NCBI GenBank assembly: GCA_000004985.1
Contig: GG739009.1
Strand: one strand, 5' to 3'
DNA: 11,935 bases
DNA from: Naegleria gruberi
Lineage: Eukaryota
Of the stretch, positions 1 to 8,500 are shown piece by piece. The notes beneath the pieces were generated by a model that was given only the letters and a program-made list of their open reading frames with translations, was not told the origin of the DNA and did no database searches. The stretch's first letter is position 1. The number at the start of each line of letters is the position of its first letter. The translations under genes and the position numbers were made by a program.

Positions 1-25
1 ATTGCATATCATATTGTTGGCTACT

Positions 26-817
26 TCAAATGGAAAAAGGCAAAAAATAAATAGGAGATGCTGAACTTTCTGATGTTATGTACATTCCAATAAATAGTAA
101 ACAAAAATATAAAGTCAAAACGCTAAACCATTTGGTAATTGAATAAATATTTTGCTGTGAAATTTGTCGATGGGCTTCTCTAAATTTAGGGTTAGGATTT
201 TTTTGCATGATTAGTTGGATAAATTGAAAAAGTGAAATTGAGGAAAGAATCTGTTCATTACTATTATCATTCGAATCGTCCACATCCAAAGGTATACTTG
301 TTTGGGAAATGAATTTGGAATTTGTTGGTGTGAGGATGATTGAGTTTCTTGTTGAGGGTGGTGGTTCATTAATTCTTGAATTTGGTGGTTGACAGGTGGA
401 TGACTTTCTAGGTGTTGAACTCACTCCAAACACACCAGTTGTTTCTGGAACAATTATTGGGGAGGGTTTTTCACCTCTCTTTGGAGAGATATCTTCAGTA
501 TTTGTTATTGAAACGTTAGTTGTCGAAGAGATGATAGGTACTGATTCCCATCTTGATATTGGTGATTTAGTTTTTGGAATGCTTCTGCTACTGGTTGAAC
601 TTGTGATTGAAGAAGGAGGTGACAATAAATTATTTGTATTTCTGTTATTACTTGTTATTTCCGATAATGAGGGAGTAGGTTTTGTATCTTCCTTAATCAA
701 CTTTTGATTTATTTGTTGTAGACTGCTATTTCCCAAGTCTCCAACCGTGGATGACGATCCGATAGAACTCGTGGTACAATTCGTTCCAGTCACGTTGTGG
801 GGTTTTAATGTACTCAT
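26..817 (-). CDS. Partial membrane protein paralogous to the N-terminal sensor region of the neighbouring hybrid histidine kinase. The ORF has an in-window stop at 26-28; it may be truncated, or may continue through an unrecognised intron beyond the window.
   Basis: 263-aa ORF that starts with ATG in an A-rich context (ttaaaaaaaATG). It has about 180 aa of S/T/N/P-rich low complexity followed by hydrophobic TM segments. The segment 'KNPNPKFREAHRQISQQNIYSITKWF...LYFCLLFIGMYITSESSASPIYFLPF' aligns with 'ENSEPKYLEAYRALSQQNLFFMTSWF...IYFVLVFLTMYKLSGCEQSLALYFATF' of the ORF at 2962-4407. 'SIILTPTNS' matches 'SIVLTPNTPNS'. The paralogue keeps its reading frame where this ORF stops. Confidence 0.55.
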   Translation of the reverse strand: MSTLKPHNVTGTNCTTSSIGSSSTVGDLGNSSLQQINQKLIKEDTKPTPSLSEITSNNRNTNNLLSPPSSITSSTSSRSIPKTKSPISRWESVPIISSTTNVSITNTEDISPKRGEKPSPIIVPETTGVFGVSSTPRKSSTCQPPNSRINEPPPSTRNSIILTPTNSKFISQTSIPLDVDDSNDNSNEQILSSISLFQFIQLIMQKNPNPKFREAHRQISQQNIYSITKWFSVLTLYFCLLFIGMYITSESSASPIYFLPFSI

Positions 818-943
818 TTTTTTTAAATATTAATTTCGCGAATTATCCCTTATTTGACCTTAATACAAGCAATAATATCAACCAAAAAACCATCCAAAAA
901 TGAAAAGGTGTTGGTACTGTTATGTAGGTTGTTGATATTTGGG

Positions 944-1452
944 CTATGAGTTGCTTTCTTGCGTTAACCGTTCAACTTCCTCCCTCAATTTTTCAATAAG
1001 GATTGGTTTGTAAATGACAGAGTCAAATCCAAGTTGTGAGAGAGTATCAACTGATTCCCAAATGTTGGCAGTGATGGCAATTACTGGTGTTCGTTTTCTT
1101 CCTTCACTCTCTTCAAATTCTCGAATATGTTTCACACTCTGCTTGCCACACATGACTGGCATCAACAAGTCCAATAAAATGATTGAATATTGTTTTTGTT
1201 TGTACATTTCAAAACATTCCAATCCATTCGATGCACAATCAACTTCAGTAAATCCCAACAATCGAACCATCTTTTCCATCACTTTTCTGTTAATTAAATT
1301 ATCATCTGTTATCAGTATTCGTTTAGAAGGTACAGGTTCTGGTATTACTACCTCTATAGTTGGAACATTATCAGTTGTGATATTTATCTCTGGAGGTGGA
1401 GTAATAATATTTTGACCAATTAATCTTCTTCTTTTGCTTGTCGAGTTTTTCG
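944..1452 (-). CDS. Hybrid histidine kinase, C-terminal segment: linker plus CheY-like receiver (REC) domain. The stop codon TAG lies at 944-946.
   Basis: The translation 'KRILITDDNLINRKVMEKMVRLLGF...YSIILLDLLMPVMCGKQ...TPVIAITANIWESVDTLSQLGFDSVIYKPI' carries the canonical REC signature: an acidic DD pocket, a phospho-acceptor Asp in 'ILLDLLMP', a T/A in 'AITA', and a Lys in 'YKP'. The REC domain spans roughly 1321..975. The frame runs in from gap 1, so continuity with the upstream exons is inferred, not seen. Confidence 0.8.
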
Positions 1453-2563
1453 NNNNNNNNNNNNNNNNNNNNNNNNNNNNNNNNNNNNNNNNNNNNNNNN
1501 NNNNNNNNNNNNNNNNNNNNNNNNNNNNNNNNNNNNNNNNNNNNNNNNNNNNNNNNNNNNNNNNNNNNNNNNNNNNNNNNNNNNNNNNNNNNNNNNNNNN
1601 NNNNNNNNNNNNNNNNNNNNNNNNNNNNNNNNNNNNNNNNNNNNNNNNNNNNNNNNNNNNNNNNNNNNNNNNNNNNNNNNNNNNNNNNNNNNNNNNNNNN
1701 NNNNNNNNNNNNNNNNNNNNNNNNNNNNNNNNNNNNNNNNNNNNNNNNNNNNNNNNNNNNNNNNNNNNNNNNNNNNNNNNNNNNNNNNNNNNNNNNNNNN
1801 NNNNNNNNNNNNNNNNNNNNNNNNNNNNNNNNNNNNNNNNNNNNNNNNNNNNNNNNNNNNNNNNNNNNNNNNNNNNNNNNNNNNNNNNNNNNNNNNNNNN
1901 NNNNNNNNNNNNNNNNNNNNNNNNNNNNNNNNNNNNNNNNNNNNNNNNNNNNNNNNNNNNNNNNNNNNNNNNNNNNNNNNNNNNNNNNNNNNNNNNNNNN
2001 NNNNNNNNNNNNNNNNNNNNNNNNNNNNNNNNNNNNNNNNNNNNNNNNNNNNNNNNNNNNNNNNNNNNNNNNNNNNNNNNNNNNNNNNNNNNNNNNNNNN
2101 NNNNNNNNNNNNNNNNNNNNNNNNNNNNNNNNNNNNNNNNNNNNNNNNNNNNNNNNNNNNNNNNNNNNNNNNNNNNNNNNNNNNNNNNNNNNNNNNNNNN
2201 NNNNNNNNNNNNNNNNNNNNNNNNNNNNNNNNNNNNNNNNNNNNNNNNNNNNNNNNNNNNNNNNNNNNNNNNNNNNNNNNNNNNNNNNNNNNNNNNNNNN
2301 NNNNNNNNNNNNNNNNNNNNNNNNNNNNNNNNNNNNNNNNNNNNNNNNNNNNNNNNNNNNNNNNNNNNNNNNNNNNNNNNNNNNNNNNNNNNNNNNNNNN
2401 NNNNNNNNNNNNNNNNNNNNNNNNNNNNNNNNNNNNNNNNNNNNNNNNNNNNNNNNNNNNNNNNNNNNNNNNNNNNNNNNNNNNNNNNNNNNNNNNNNNN
2501 NNNNNNNNNNNNNNNNNNNNNNNNNNNNNNNNNNNNNNNNNNNNNNNNNNNNNNNNNNNNNNN
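1453..2563. other. Assembly gap of 1111 N. It lies inside the histidine kinase gene and presumably hides the HATPase_c catalytic domain.
   Basis: Run of n characters. The six-frame ORFs of X-runs that cross it are artefacts. Confidence 1.
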
Positions 2564-2961
2564 CAATATTATAAAATACTGAAATTACTGATTCAATTGT
2601 GTCCAGTAAATTGAATGGTTCATTCTTCAATTTGATATTTCCCATTTCAAGACTTGTCATTTGAAGTGAAGTACTGAAAATGTGAAGTAACAAATTGGCA
2701 TTATTATAAATATCATTCACCAATTCAAGATACGGTTGTTCAGCTGTTGAATCTCCACATGAAGATTCACAATCACTCGAATAGTGTCCATCATCATTTG
2801 AAACATGCAAAAATCCATTCTTTGCATTCATTGGTGAATGAGAAGGTGATTGTAAAATGCTGTTCTTTCTTCCTCTCTTTTTTCTTTTATCTGAATGACT
2901 GTTCTTTTCCATATCATGTCTCAAAATTGTTGAAGCTCCAATAATACCATGCAATGGATTT
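2564..2961 (-). CDS. Hybrid histidine kinase exon 2, visible part: the second half of the H-box plus the HisKA dimerisation helices, running into gap 1.
   Basis: After splicing the protein reads '...MIANISHEA|R NPLHGIIGASTIL...', matching the H-box consensus SHELRTPLnGIIG. Downstream, 'YLELVNDIYNNANLLLHIFSTSLQMTSLEMGNIKLKNEPFNLLDTIESVISVF' fits the HisKA pattern (Q.EY...I..S...LL.LINDILD.SK.E.G...L....F.L...I). An S/N/K/R-rich low-complexity loop sits between the H-box and this helix. Confidence 0.7.
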
Positions 2962-3034
2962 CTACATAGGAATAATTAAAACAATTCCAAAATGTGAATT
3001 TGAATTAATTCGAACTGATACTGGTAATACATAC
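2962..3034 (-). other. Spliceosomal intron of 73 nt, phase 2, inside the H-box codons of the histidine kinase.
   Basis: Minus-strand sequence is gcaag|GTATGTattaccag...ttaattattcctatgTAG|aaatccattgcatggt. It has a canonical GTATGT donor, a pyrimidine-rich 3' end and a TAG acceptor. Splicing removes the in-frame stop of ORF 2962..4407 and rebuilds a perfect H-box, SHEAR-NPLHGIIG. Confidence 0.75.
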
Positions 3035-4407
3035 CTTGCTTCATGTGAAATATTTGCAATCATGTGAGTCTTCTCATTGCTCAAATACTTTTCCTGCATG
3101 TAAGCAAACCTTTGTTTATAATGATATCTTTTTTCTTCTGCATATATTTTTGAAAAGAACAAGCACATAATGGCTATGGAAGTCATTACTATCCCGTTGC
3201 TTACTATAGATTCTATTGGATACCCCAAAATCATCATTGGAATAAGCGAACCAGATACGAAAATTACTGTAGATATTAAGGAGGTGATAAGATGGTCTCC
3301 AAAAATATGACAAGAAATTATTAATTTGAGTATTGTCAATATATATATGGATAGCTTAGTGTAATACATTTGCATTATGAATCCATAAGAGGTTGACAGA
3401 ACTGTTCTGCATAAATGAATTACATTCTTCCTTGCCCTAGTTGGAGATTTACAGCATGTTAAATAATTCAGATAAAGATTACTAAAAACCTCCACTGCAA
3501 AAGTTGCAAAGTACAGAGCTAGAGATTGTTCGCATCCTGAAAGCTTGTACATTGTTAAAAATACTAAAACGAAATATATCCCAAAATACCTAAACCAAGA
3601 GGTCATAAAGAATAGGTTTTGTTGAGAAAGAGCCCTATAAGCCTCTAAATATTTAGGTTCTGAGTTTTCCTTGAGTATTCCAATTTTTAAAAATATAAAG
3701 AATGGTACTGATTCCAGTATTGGGTTAATTTCTGATTCGTCTGTTTCAATATTGACATTAGATACCGAGTTAGGAGTATTTGGTGTTAAAACAATTGATG
3801 CTAATGAGGGCGATTCTAGATTTTTGGGCTGGTGATCTATTTTTGTTTGTCCTCTCTTATCGTTAGATTGTTTGTTCATTTCAACTTTTGTGTAAGTTGT
3901 TTTGTTAGAGTTTTGAAAAAGAGAATTTCTCGAATTTTGAAAAGTTAGTTTGTTTTTCTGCATTTTCTCTTTTTCCTGATCCTTAGTTTTTGGTAATATT
4001 GGAATTAAGTTACTTTTTGATGATGGAAATAAATAATTAGTTGTTGGCATTGACAGGCTGGCTGTTCTCGTTCCTCGATTTTCAAGAGACCTTTTATCAT
4101 CAATATTCCTCCTATTTTTAATGATATCATCCACAACGAGAGTACTTGTTGTTGGCATCTTTGTAGTATTACTTCCACAATCAATGTTCGGAACAGCAAG
4201 AGTAGATGCTGCAGATAATTCATCATTATTCTTCACCTCCGTGATTAGATTTTCCTTCATGTTAGAAATAGAATCGCTCGCTTGTTGCTGTGGGGGACTA
4301 GCATTGATAGTTAAAGTGTTAAACCCAACACCACTATCCTGATTAGTACGTACTTTACCTCCAACAAATGATGATTGGTCATCGAGTTCACTTTTATCTT
4401 GTGGCAT
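3035..4407 (-). CDS. Hybrid histidine kinase exon 1: a low-complexity N-terminus, a polytopic TM sensor-like region of about 6 helices, and the first half of the H-box.
   Basis: ATG at 4407 in the context tttttaaaaaATG, with an in-frame TAA immediately upstream. The first ~235 aa are S/T/N/K/Q-rich. Hydrophobic segments follow: FFIFLKIGIL, FRYFGIYFVLVFLTMY, LALYFATFAVEVF, LSIYILTILKLIISCHIF, ITSLISTVIFVSGSLIPMMILGY and IVMTSIAIMCLFF. The exon ends '...KTHMIANISHEA' at the GTATGT donor. Confidence 0.75.
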
Positions 4408-4525
4408 TTTTTTAAAAAGGCTTGGCTCTCAGTTCTGGCGAATTTTAACCAACCTCCATTTCTGCTGTCTTTTGATCGTTGTTGGGATGAAGCGAAAAAG
4501 GTCAAGGATGTGCCCAATCTGGGCA

Positions 4526-4555
4526 GGAGGTAAGATACTAAATTGTATCTCCTCC
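4526..4555 (+). other. Stable hairpin, and possibly a 28-nt mini-intron, in the divergent intergenic region between the histidine kinase and leucine-rich-repeat genes.
   Basis: GGAGG-ta-AGATAC-taaatt-GTATCT-CCTCC forms a stem of about 11 bp with a 2-nt bulge. The same bases read as a GTAAGA donor (4530-4535), a TACTAA branch-like hexamer (4536-4541) and a TCTCCTCCAG acceptor (ending at 4557). It sits inside a 32-codon plus-strand ORF that starts at ATG 4487. Confidence 0.3.
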
Positions 4556-4801
4556 AGACGTCTGTTTGGTTCAGAATCAGTTTGAATCTCTTTTGATTTA
4601 TTGTAAACATTACTATTTCCAATAAAAAATAAATGACCAACATACAGCATTTGAATGAGGATGTCTTGGCTGTGATGATAGAGTACCTAGCATTGGGTGT
4701 GCATGCAGAGTTTGTTCCGTGTGGTTTCGTGCAAGTGCTCTTGTCCCTAGCAAAGTGATTATGAAGGCAAGAAACTCGGAAGACCTTGATAGTTTAGCAG
4801 A

Positions 4802-5014
4802 GTGACATTTGCAAATAATCCAACTTTCTCAAATCTAACCCAATTGCACATCTCTGATTGTACAACTATTGAAGAAAGACACATCATGCCACTAGTTAGT
4901 GGGAAGTACATTACACACCTTACCGATCTCTCCCTTAAATCCATGCCAGGATATATCTGTACAAACTCAAAGCACCTACCTTACAAAGTTAAAATATTTG
5001 AGATTGAATTATAA
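4802..5014 (+). CDS. Leucine-rich-repeat protein (cysteine-containing or RNI-like LRR), upstream ORF or exon. It has no convincing ATG start and ends at an in-frame TAA (5012-5014).
   Basis: 'NLTQLHISDCTTIEE...ITHLTDLSLKSMPGYICTNSKHLP' fits the LxxLxLxxCxxITD LRR-CC pattern. The ORF tool used a GTG start. An acceptor-like 'ttgatag' lies just upstream at about 4786-4792. The ORF is in the same frame as ORF 5054..5395. Confidence 0.4.
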   Translation: MTFANNPTFSNLTQLHISDCTTIEERHIMPLVSGKYITHLTDLSLKSMPGYICTNSKHLPYKVKIFEIEL

Positions 5015-5053
5015 GGAGACAAAGGTGTTGATTGTATTGTTTCAGGAGAAAAT

Positions 5054-5395
5054 ATGAAAAATCTGGAAATTTTACTCTTGGACGACACTGGATTGACTGG
5101 GAAAAGTATTATTTCCTTGCATGAATCAAACTCTCTTCAAAACTTGATTGAATTAAGTATTGCAGATAATAACCAAATTACCAAAGATAACATCCAATTC
5201 TGTCTCTCAAATCCAACAAAACTGAAAAGGTTAAGAAAGCTCACGCTTCCTAATTGCTCAATTCCTTCTCGACTGCTAAACATAACACCTCTTGCAAGTC
5301 AATTATCTCATCTCACCTACGATAATATTTATCTAGTCGATGAATATGATGAACAGTTTGCTTGGGAGGAAGAAATAGACGATGAGTTCGTCTAA
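5054..5395 (+). CDS. Leucine-rich-repeat protein, downstream ORF. It is probably the same gene as 4802..5014.
   Basis: 'NLEILLLDDTGLTGKSIISL', 'LQNLIELSIADNNQITKDNIQFCL' and 'LKRLRKLTLPNCSI' are LRR units, followed by an acidic C-terminal tail. Stop codon TAA at 5393-5395. The 36 nt between the TAA at 5012-5014 and this ATG read in frame as 'GDKGVDCIVSGEN'. Confidence 0.55.
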   Translation: MKNLEILLLDDTGLTGKSIISLHESNSLQNLIELSIADNNQITKDNIQFCLSNPTKLKRLRKLTLPNCSIPSRLLNITPLASQLSHLTYDNIYLVDEYDEQFAWEEEIDDEFV

Positions 5396-5505
5396 TACTA
5401 CTATTGTTTCGTTATTCATGAACTCCAACCATAATATTCAAGAAGGACCTACCCATTACAATATTTTCCTGTCAAGATACAAAGTCCCCACATCCGTTCT
5501 CAAGC

Positions 5506-8500
5506 NNNNNNNNNNNNNNNNNNNNNNNNNNNNNNNNNNNNNNNNNNNNNNNNNNNNNNNNNNNNNNNNNNNNNNNNNNNNNNNNNNNNNNNNNNNNNNN
5601 NNNNNNNNNNNNNNNNNNNNNNNNNNNNNNNNNNNNNNNNNNNNNNNNNNNNNNNNNNNNNNNNNNNNNNNNNNNNNNNNNNNNNNNNNNNNNNNNNNNN
5701 NNNNNNNNNNNNNNNNNNNNNNNNNNNNNNNNNNNNNNNNNNNNNNNNNNNNNNNNNNNNNNNNNNNNNNNNNNNNNNNNNNNNNNNNNNNNNNNNNNNN
5801 NNNNNNNNNNNNNNNNNNNNNNNNNNNNNNNNNNNNNNNNNNNNNNNNNNNNNNNNNNNNNNNNNNNNNNNNNNNNNNNNNNNNNNNNNNNNNNNNNNNN
5901 NNNNNNNNNNNNNNNNNNNNNNNNNNNNNNNNNNNNNNNNNNNNNNNNNNNNNNNNNNNNNNNNNNNNNNNNNNNNNNNNNNNNNNNNNNNNNNNNNNNN
6001 NNNNNNNNNNNNNNNNNNNNNNNNNNNNNNNNNNNNNNNNNNNNNNNNNNNNNNNNNNNNNNNNNNNNNNNNNNNNNNNNNNNNNNNNNNNNNNNNNNNN
6101 NNNNNNNNNNNNNNNNNNNNNNNNNNNNNNNNNNNNNNNNNNNNNNNNNNNNNNNNNNNNNNNNNNNNNNNNNNNNNNNNNNNNNNNNNNNNNNNNNNNN
6201 NNNNNNNNNNNNNNNNNNNNNNNNNNNNNNNNNNNNNNNNNNNNNNNNNNNNNNNNNNNNNNNNNNNNNNNNNNNNNNNNNNNNNNNNNNNNNNNNNNNN
6301 NNNNNNNNNNNNNNNNNNNNNNNNNNNNNNNNNNNNNNNNNNNNNNNNNNNNNNNNNNNNNNNNNNNNNNNNNNNNNNNNNNNNNNNNNNNNNNNNNNNN
6401 NNNNNNNNNNNNNNNNNNNNNNNNNNNNNNNNNNNNNNNNNNNNNNNNNNNNNNNNNNNNNNNNNNNNNNNNNNNNNNNNNNNNNNNNNNNNNNNNNNNN
6501 NNNNNNNNNNNNNNNNNNNNNNNNNNNNNNNNNNNNNNNNNNNNNNNNNNNNNNNNNNNNNNNNNNNNNNNNNNNNNNNNNNNNNNNNNNNNNNNNNNNN
6601 NNNNNNNNNNNNNNNNNNNNNNNNNNNNNNNNNNNNNNNNNNNNNNNNNNNNNNNNNNNNNNNNNNNNNNNNNNNNNNNNNNNNNNNNNNNNNNNNNNNN
6701 NNNNNNNNNNNNNNNNNNNNNNNNNNNNNNNNNNNNNNNNNNNNNNNNNNNNNNNNNNNNNNNNNNNNNNNNNNNNNNNNNNNNNNNNNNNNNNNNNNNN
6801 NNNNNNNNNNNNNNNNNNNNNNNNNNNNNNNNNNNNNNNNNNNNNNNNNNNNNNNNNNNNNNNNNNNNNNNNNNNNNNNNNNNNNNNNNNNNNNNNNNNN
6901 NNNNNNNNNNNNNNNNNNNNNNNNNNNNNNNNNNNNNNNNNNNNNNNNNNNNNNNNNNNNNNNNNNNNNNNNNNNNNNNNNNNNNNNNNNNNNNNNNNNN
7001 NNNNNNNNNNNNNNNNNNNNNNNNNNNNNNNNNNNNNNNNNNNNNNNNNNNNNNNNNNNNNNNNNNNNNNNNNNNNNNNNNNNNNNNNNNNNNNNNNNNN
7101 NNNNNNNNNNNNNNNNNNNNNNNNNNNNNNNNNNNNNNNNNNNNNNNNNNNNNNNNNNNNNNNNNNNNNNNNNNNNNNNNNNNNNNNNNNNNNNNNNNNN
7201 NNNNNNNNNNNNNNNNNNNNNNNNNNNNNNNNNNNNNNNNNNNNNNNNNNNNNNNNNNNNNNNNNNNNNNNNNNNNNNNNNNNNNNNNNNNNNNNNNNNN
7301 NNNNNNNNNNNNNNNNNNNNNNNNNNNNNNNNNNNNNNNNNNNNNNNNNNNNNNNNNNNNNNNNNNNNNNNNNNNNNNNNNNNNNNNNNNNNNNNNNNNN
7401 NNNNNNNNNNNNNNNNNNNNNNNNNNNNNNNNNNNNNNNNNNNNNNNNNNNNNNNNNNNNNNNNNNNNNNNNNNNNNNNNNNNNNNNNNNNNNNNNNNNN
7501 NNNNNNNNNNNNNNNNNNNNNNNNNNNNNNNNNNNNNNNNNNNNNNNNNNNNNNNNNNNNNNNNNNNNNNNNNNNNNNNNNNNNNNNNNNNNNNNNNNNN
7601 NNNNNNNNNNNNNNNNNNNNNNNNNNNNNNNNNNNNNNNNNNNNNNNNNNNNNNNNNNNNNNNNNNNNNNNNNNNNNNNNNNNNNNNNNNNNNNNNNNNN
7701 NNNNNNNNNNNNNNNNNNNNNNNNNNNNNNNNNNNNNNNNNNNNNNNNNNNNNNNNNNNNNNNNNNNNNNNNNNNNNNNNNNNNNNNNNNNNNNNNNNNN
7801 NNNNNNNNNNNNNNNNNNNNNNNNNNNNNNNNNNNNNNNNNNNNNNNNNNNNNNNNNNNNNNNNNNNNNNNNNNNNNNNNNNNNNNNNNNNNNNNNNNNN
7901 NNNNNNNNNNNNNNNNNNNNNNNNNNNNNNNNNNNNNNNNNNNNNNNNNNNNNNNNNNNNNNNNNNNNNNNNNNNNNNNNNNNNNNNNNNNNNNNNNNNN
8001 NNNNNNNNNNNNNNNNNNNNNNNNNNNNNNNNNNNNNNNNNNNNNNNNNNNNNNNNNNNNNNNNNNNNNNNNNNNNNNNNNNNNNNNNNNNNNNNNNNNN
8101 NNNNNNNNNNNNNNNNNNNNNNNNNNNNNNNNNNNNNNNNNNNNNNNNNNNNNNNNNNNNNNNNNNNNNNNNNNNNNNNNNNNNNNNNNNNNNNNNNNNN
8201 NNNNNNNNNNNNNNNNNNNNNNNNNNNNNNNNNNNNNNNNNNNNNNNNNNNNNNNNNNNNNNNNNNNNNNNNNNNNNNNNNNNNNNNNNNNNNNNNNNNN
8301 NNNNNNNNNNNNNNNNNNNNNNNNNNNNNNNNNNNNNNNNNNNNNNNNNNNNNNNNNNNNNNNNNNNNNNNNNNNNNNNNNNNNNNNNNNNNNNNNNNNN
8401 NNNNNNNNNNNNNNNNNNNNNNNNNNNNNNNNNNNNNNNNNNNNNNNNNNNNNNNNNNNNNNNNNNNNNNNNNNNNNNNNNNNNNNNNNNNNNNNNNNNN

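Noticed and set aside
396-707. Antisense or overlapping small ORFs: 396..707(+), 1014..1415(+), 2747..2944(+), 3116..3313(-), 4005..4226(-), 4121..4342(+), 4311..4643(-), 4429..4650(-), 11184..11390(+), 11477..11662(-)
   Set aside because: They lie inside or antisense to better-supported genes. Their composition is low-complexity or hydrophobic with no recognisable motif, as expected from AT-rich DNA.
1434-2582. ORFs 1434..2582, 1438..2574, 5382..9869, 5472..9860, 5500..10017 and the long X-stretches of 944..2566 and 1371..2954
   Set aside because: They are translations of N-runs. Only the real-sequence ends were used (944-1452, 2564-2961, 9835-10017).
4408-4420. TATA box in the tttttaaaaa immediately 5' of the histidine kinase ATG
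   Set aside because: It abuts the start codon, too close for a core promoter. It is better read as the A-rich translation-initiation context that also appears at 818-829.
4673-4800. C/D-box snoRNA beginning at the TGATGA at 4673
   Set aside because: No CTGA D box follows within 150 nt, and no terminal stem was found.
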